DNA of 64,000 bases from Antedon mediterranea (taxonomy: Eukaryota > Animalia > Echinodermata), in the NCBI RefSeq assembly GCF_964355755.1, contig NC_092677.1:3680101-3744100 (forward strand), given 5' to 3'. The notes under the pieces were generated by a model. That model was not told where the DNA came from and did no database searches. It saw only the letters and a list, made by a program, of their open reading frames with translations. Every line of letters starts with the position of its first letter. The first letter of the stretch is position 1. A program made the position numbers and the translations under genes. Below, one piece after another: positions 38,304 to 64,000 of this stretch.

Positions 38304-38545
38304 CTGTATATCCTCGGGTATAATCCCACTTCAGGTCTAATCCCACCCCCCTACTTTATGTATGGTTTTACAAACAGGCATATCTCCAAGTATAATCCCA
38401 GTATTGACTTTTGGTCTGTCTCTAGTCAGTTCTGAGGAGAAATACTTACCAATAATTTTCCTGAACCAGGGCATAGTCCACCCACCAAAGTCAGCCCAAT
38501 TTCGTGTTCTTAGTGGGGTGGGATTATAACAGAGGATATACGACA
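38304..38545. mobile_element. MITE, Tc1/mariner-pogo-like
   Basis: gtatatcctcgggtataatccc .. gggattataacagaggatatac inverted ends. Confidence 0.6.
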
Positions 38546-40723
38546 TAGTATCATGTTAGGTAATATATATGTTGGAACATTTGGAGCTAAATGTTCAATT
38601 TTATTTTAGCAAATGATAATTTCCAATGTATCGTATATATTAAGAAACCTTGATCTTGACAACTTTTTTTAAATAATTACTTTTGTAAATAATTTTATGA
38701 TTGAAATACCAATAAAGTTATCAACAAGGTGTTTGTATAAAAATATTGCAATGATTTCTCAATAATTATTTTACGATGCGAAACTATATTATTAGGAACC
38801 AGACAGTGTTGCAGTGATGGATTCATTTTGAAGTAGAGGGGATGTTGTGGGAGGAACCAGTTGTTGTTTATCATGTTATTTTTTGCATTGTAAAGTGGTT
38901 TGATGAGGAAGGATAGCAATGGGGTGGATGCACACAATATGCGACTCTAGTATTACAGTAAAAACACCCTATCTTTTTATATGTTAAATTTAAAGAAGAT
39001 TTACATTTTTATAAATATAACAATTTTTTTGGCCTTTATTATTGTTGAAGAAAGCAGCCAAAATACATTTTCCCTCCAACAACTGTATGTTCACCAACCC
39101 TGTGTGAATGACATAAGATAAAATGACAGTTGTATATCATACAAAGGTTAAGGGCAGACAATTAGAGCAAGAGTAGAAGTATAGAGTTAAGGGTGAATCT
39201 CTTTTCAAAGGCGGGTCAAGTCCTAAATATTTCTTGAAAATTTATAACCGACTTATTTACAGTTCATTGATCAATCATTGACATTACCATGACAACCACC
39301 ATAGAAACAATAAACAAGACAAAGCTCACATGAACTTCTTTCTAATGGGATATCATTATTTTCCCATTTGTTTGAAAAGGTATTATAAACAAGAGATGGC
39401 TGTATGTAAGTGGCGGATCAAGAATTTTGAAATAGAGCAAGGGGTGCCAGTCCTAAAAATAAACTGAATCTAATATCTTGTCTTTGGCAGTGCAAGTTTT
39501 TAAATTGAGGAAAAGAGTGGAGGGGACAGGAACCCTCCCCCTCTTAAAACCGTCTCTATGTGCTAGATGGGATCACCAAAGTAATTGTTCCAAATTTAAA
39601 GCACCCACCATAGAAAGTCATTTTGTTTTCATTTTCTATCTGTACATCATGTTTATCCTATCTGAATACTGTACTTGTACAGAACACATCAATAAACATT
39701 GAGGAGAAGCTAATAGACCTATTGGCATTTGAAAAGCAGCATATTTCTTGTTATGGGCTGGGAAAGTGGGTTAAACCTGTTCCCACCTGTTACTAGTAAA
39801 TATCATCTGATTCAATATTATTTCTAATATGCATGGTATGTGTGTTGGAATTTGATTACAGGAGGAATACTTTCTAAATTCATAAATAATGGTTTTTTTT
39901 TACTTCTGAAAATGGTAAAATAACCCCACAACATTATTTATTATGATAGGATATAAAATACAACTCCACTCCCAAAGACTTGTAATAAAGACTTTGTTTA
40001 TGTAGAGCATTGTGTGTATATGTTTGTCTCGTGAACGGATTGCCACCTTTAAGAAGGATAGTGATTGAATTTGCTTATGGTTATCCTTGGCAATTTGCCT
40101 AAATATATAAAATAAATAAATAAATAAATAAAAAAGCATAACATTATTAAAATGTTAGGAATTTGATACATTTTTTTTTAATGCACAAATAATATAATAG
40201 TTTAGATTTTGCCAAAACTTCCAATGAATAAAATAGAGGTCTCACTTTGATAGCTAAAATGACAATTTGAATACCAACTACTTTTTAATATCTATTTTTG
40301 ACTATTTAAAAATTCCTGCACCCGCCCCTTGACAAGAATAAAGAAATTTTCTGGTATAACAAATTTTTATATTAATATTTATTAATAACTCAAATTTTAC
40401 AAAAAACAAGTATATCTGGTTACTTTACTATGTAATATTGTATAAAAGAACTACAAAAAAATCACCATATACCTTCAGTTGCAGTTTATGGAATCTAAAT
40501 ATATATCCATTCAATATTTTAATATTATAATAGCGCCTTTTATTATTAATTAATGTGATTTGCATCAACAGTCAAAGGTCAATGCATTTGTGTAAAACTT
40601 TGCAATCAACATCCACTGCAATAAGTTGGTGTATTCTGTTGCCATGGACACCAATCTTCAAAAATCAACAAAGCAATAAACAACGTTTAACAAACAATCA
40701 GAAATTGTTAAAATGGAGCTGGT

Positions 40724-42744
40724 TCACCTTGAAGTTACGTTGTCTTTACGACGCAAAGTTTTCTGAAGGACGAAAGCATCGGCAGGTTCTATTCGTTTGT
40801 AGTAGTGTTCTTTCGTTTCCACAACCTTGAATCCGTTAGATTTGTAAAAGTCGAGGGCGCTATCATTGTTGATTTGGACATGCCTGAAATAAAGATAAAA
40901 ATTATTCTAATAAAATTTAACTTTGAATCACTATAAATAAATCACATTGTGTGCGTACAGATTTTGGGAAAGGTTGGAGGTCGCTGTGCAAGGGTTCATG
41001 ATTAGGTCATTATTTCAGTTCAGGGAATAAATAATTCTGTCTCTAAATTCTGCAAAATGACTTTGATGTACAGTACTGTGTTGCAGAGTGAGTGAGTGGC
41101 CGAGCGGTTAAGACAGTGGAACCATAATCACGTAGCCATAACATCGGCAGGGGTTCAAGGCTCACTCACTCCATGGTTCTGGTGGTAGAACGAGTCTTCT
41201 CGGATAAGGACTATAAACCGTAGGTCCAGTGTACACAACTTGCTCGTGTGCACTTTAAAGAACCTAGTACATCTTTCGAGATGAGTAGGGGGTTACCCCG
41301 GTGTATTAGTACATCACAGCCACTGATCACCAACTGGGCCCTCTGGGAGATCAGTCTTTGACTGAAGAGGTTACCCAGTATAAAGATAAAACAAACAAAG
41401 TGTTATAGAATTTTAGGTTAGTGATGCTATGCAAAATGTATTGACCTAAATTACTGCAGTACCACTTACAGGAAAAGGCTGTCAATATTGCCATCTTGAG
41501 CACAGTACTCCAGTACATGCTTCAACATAATTGTACCTGCAACAAGAAAAACAACTTACAAATTACAACTATAAATTTATTTTTGGAAGAACTAGCAGAT
41601 TTTGATATTTTTTTTGGTTTTTATATATTTAGGCAAATTGCCATGGTTAACCATAAGCAAATTCATCCTTCTTAAAGGTGGCAATTCTTGTTCATAAGAC
41701 AAACATATACTCTTTGGGAGGTTTTTTAATTTGTCATTAGAAAAATCCGGACACAGGACTTGAACCCAGGACACTTGGATTGGTAGCTAAGCATCATAAC
41801 TTAACCACGGCACCAAGCCACAACTCCACTCCATTTTACCAACCAACCACCTTTAGATGTCGATAATACTTATTTCTTATAGCACATATACTGTAAGCAG
41901 GTTCTCAAGCACTGTGCATAAATTGGAGTAAAGAATGTCATTATGTCATTATATAGGTTACCTATTCCAAGACGTCTGTAGGGTGCTAAACAGCCAAGAG
42001 TCATTATGTAAAGTCTCCTGTAACCCTCCTCTGACGTGTCTATCCTACAGCAAACAGCTCCTACCACAATATCATTATAATAAGCTAAAAATATAAAAAG
42101 AGAATCAATTAATTAACATAAAATAATAATTGAAAATATAAACAAGCCATAAATGATACGATAAAATAAAAAAAAATTAATATTTACCCAATTTTGCTAA
42201 TTCGCCAACGTCCAACACATCCTTGTAGAACTTGTCATTGTACGAAACTGGAAACACAACTTGATTTAATTTCTTTAGTTGCTTGATGTTGTGTTGTGTA
42301 ACCTCACCAAGTTCTATACGACCTCTGAAAGTAAACAAATATTTCTTGTCATGTTATAAAATTATTTTAAATATAAATTTAAATTAAAGTACAGTATAAA
42401 TAAAAGGTCACTATAATTAATAACAGTAACTGAATTTAATAGCATCACATCAAATTGTTCAATGTTGGTACTCCTAAAAGTAACATATACATACTACTAG
42501 GTTCTGATAATTATTGATGCACGTGCCTACTACTGCTGACCTAGCTAGGCCTAGCCAGGGCAACTAAAAGGACAAACCACTGCACTGGCACGGTTTCCTG
42601 ACTAAAACCCTGACCTGACTCATATGAGATGAGTGAGGCCAGGCCTAGCCTACCCTATACTATGCTGTACTTTAGCCTAGTCCACTCTGCCTAGCTTAAT
42701 AGTTAAAATTATTGAAAACTCTATTTATTATCGTACTTTGTCAT
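40724..42744 (-). CDS. NAA50: N-alpha-acetyltransferase 50 (NatE catalytic subunit), 164 aa
   Basis: Exons 42744-42737, 42324-42188, 42084-41962, 41536-41470 and 40883-40724 give MTKGRIELGEVTQHNIKQLKKLNQVVFPVSYNDKFYKDVL..LYIMTLGCLAPYRRLGIGT..LHVQINN..YYKRIEPADAFVLQK. Confidence 0.97.
41087..41395 (+). mobile_element. Full-length tRNA-derived SINE with Deu/Nin-like domain in the last NAA50 intron
   Basis: A box tggccgagcgg, B box ggttcaagg, core tcggataaggactataaaccgtaggtcc..aaagaacc..tttcgag..ccccggtgt, A-rich tail. Confidence 0.85.
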
Positions 42745-43174
42745 GATAAATACTAGCAATAAATATTTGAACAAATAACTGAAACAATTCTTCTATTTTC
42801 CGACGGCACGGACTTCTGCTTTTTTTTTGGTGGCGCGTGTTTTTCCGGGATCATCCAACCGTATCAATATATTGACCTGATCAGATTTCTTTATTCACAT
42901 AATTTCTGTTCAATATTTATACAATATTTGCTGCTAAACTATTGCAATTAGAATATTTATTCGTAGTACATGTCATTTATTATGTTTATAAATTAGAGAT
43001 TTATAAAAGAAATATATTATCAAATTAAATATATATAACAACTCCCCCTAAAAAATCTACAGGTATTCCTAACCTTTGACATTCAATCATCATGTGATTG
43101 AACTTCAGGCTGATTTTTCTTGTGATCAGACAACATTTTCAGAGAAAAATTTGCAAGATTTAAGACACGCAATC
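42745..43174. promoter_or_regulatory. Probable bidirectional promoter for NAA50 and ATP6V1A
   Basis: Divergent genes; small CpG-containing patch 42800-42862 with tggcgcg (E2F-like) and ttttccgg (ETS-like) motifs; TSS positions not determinable. Confidence 0.6.
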
Positions 43175-43826
43175 ATGGTTAGTATTACATTAAATTATAA
43201 AATTATTTCTTATAATGATAAAATATTTAAAGATCTATCTGTTTTTGCATGTAATATGTACTTATTTATGTATCATACACATTAAAAAATGAAATTAATT
43301 AACGCATTAATTAAAAGTAAGCCGTCACCTGTCTGCCTGCCTCTCATCAGGCTACTGCCGGCGAAGTCGGGGTGGGCTAGGGGAATTTATGCGGGTACTT
43401 GGCCTGGGCTTAGTCTATTTTAGATTTCTTATACCAATTTTTCTCCCATTAGGCCTAGGCCTAGCTAGGCCTATCTAAGCCTAGTACTAGGCCGGGTAGG
43501 CTACATTATTATTTTCAATCTTTTTTTTTTATTTTTATGCTGGTTGGGCAAAATTACGCCCATTTCTTTACTCAACAACCTGTATTTTTATTCAGCCTCG
43601 CCCTCAGTCAGGGTTTTATTCAATTTGTCTGTATTATTATTATTTAAGTTTTTAAATATTAGGCCAATTATTATATTAATTAATAATACTATTATTAATA
43701 CCCGCCCTAATTGATATTGTTATTAGTGGCATATATATTATAAATATTATTTTGTTTAAAATTATTAAAAATATTAATACGTAGCATAATCATAAGGTTT
43801 TTTGCAAATTGCATGAGCGAAGCATA

Positions 43827-43914
43827 ATGGGAAAGGTTTGGGAGCAATAGTGCCACCACCAGTATATAAAGTTTTTATTATACGGTGGTGCTATTGCTCC
43901 CAAACCCTTCCCAT
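43827..43914. repeat. Inverted repeat (hairpin) in ATP6V1A intron 1, probably a MITE interior
   Basis: atgggaaaggtttgggagcaatag .. ctattgctcccaaacccttcccat; outer imperfect inverted ends near 43792 and 43970. Confidence 0.75.
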
Positions 43915-44204
43915 CATGCATTGTGCACTGACGTTTCTCACGAAATCAAGACATTTTGAATAAACCTAATATTATAGACTAGGCCTAGGCTTACTTTAGG
44001 CATATGGCACTTTGTATAAATTGCAAAAATGTAATAATGGGATTGGCACAGTTGACCATGCCAATAGAAACGTTATCCGCATAGATATGCAGCAGCTACA
44101 CTATCCCTATGTATATTATACTGTACAGTGAGTTAACTGCACTGTGATAGAATGATAATAATTATACCATTGATAATGGATTAATGATAATATAGGCTGG
44201 GGCA

Positions 44205-63657
<19,453 letters not shown>

Positions 63658-64000
63658 GTAAGTAAATTGTTATTTATTTAAAATACCTCTTTGGCCATTG
63701 GTCAAATAGGTATTCCTAAAGTACATATATTACTGTGGAAATACCTCCTTGACCATTGGTCAAAGATGTATGTAAAGTATTCCTAACATATACTAGTATC
63801 ACTGGAAATACCTACTACTATAGTATATTTGGCTAATAGTCAAAAAGGTATTCCTAAAGTGCATACTTCTAATAAATTGAAAATTGACTTGTGTACAATT
63901 AGTGAATATTATTGGGACACTTTTATTAATGATTCAACAGAATTTAAGCATCACTATACTAGACGACATGTATAACTTGTACCAAGATAAATCAATTTTT

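Noticed and set aside
41087-41170. tRNA genes here and at about 20910, 41750-41820, 53365-53435, 60408-60480 and 63029-63100
   Set aside because: A and B boxes are present but no clean cloverleaf is evident, and they run into SINE bodies; treated as SINE heads

Overview
AT-rich, intron-rich animal genomic DNA; an invertebrate deuterostome is my inference from Deu/Nin-type SINEs and the gene structures. Three conserved genes can be spliced by hand. An Rh-type ammonium transporter (+, 19122-37604) has two candidate alternative last exons. NAA50 (-, 40724-42744) lies head-to-head with ATP6V1A (+, about 43175/44205 to beyond 63657), which runs off the window. The first 15 kb is an accessory region. 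It holds an intact 3-exon, 306-aa gene with a CG-1-like DNA-binding domain of probable transposase origin and a broken paralogue of it. Between them sits a spliced, divergent AAC4-like (putative nuclease-fold) gene whose intron carries an L2/CR1 LINE split by a TTAA element. Introns are full of LINE fragments, SINEs, MITEs, a 1.9-kb foldback element and a 4.7-kb Harbinger-like insertion inside a splice donor. ATP6V1A also shows a U12-type intron and three separate duplications of exon boundaries, including five decoy copies of one splice acceptor. All splice models and family names come from reading the sequence and recalling motifs; no database search was run.
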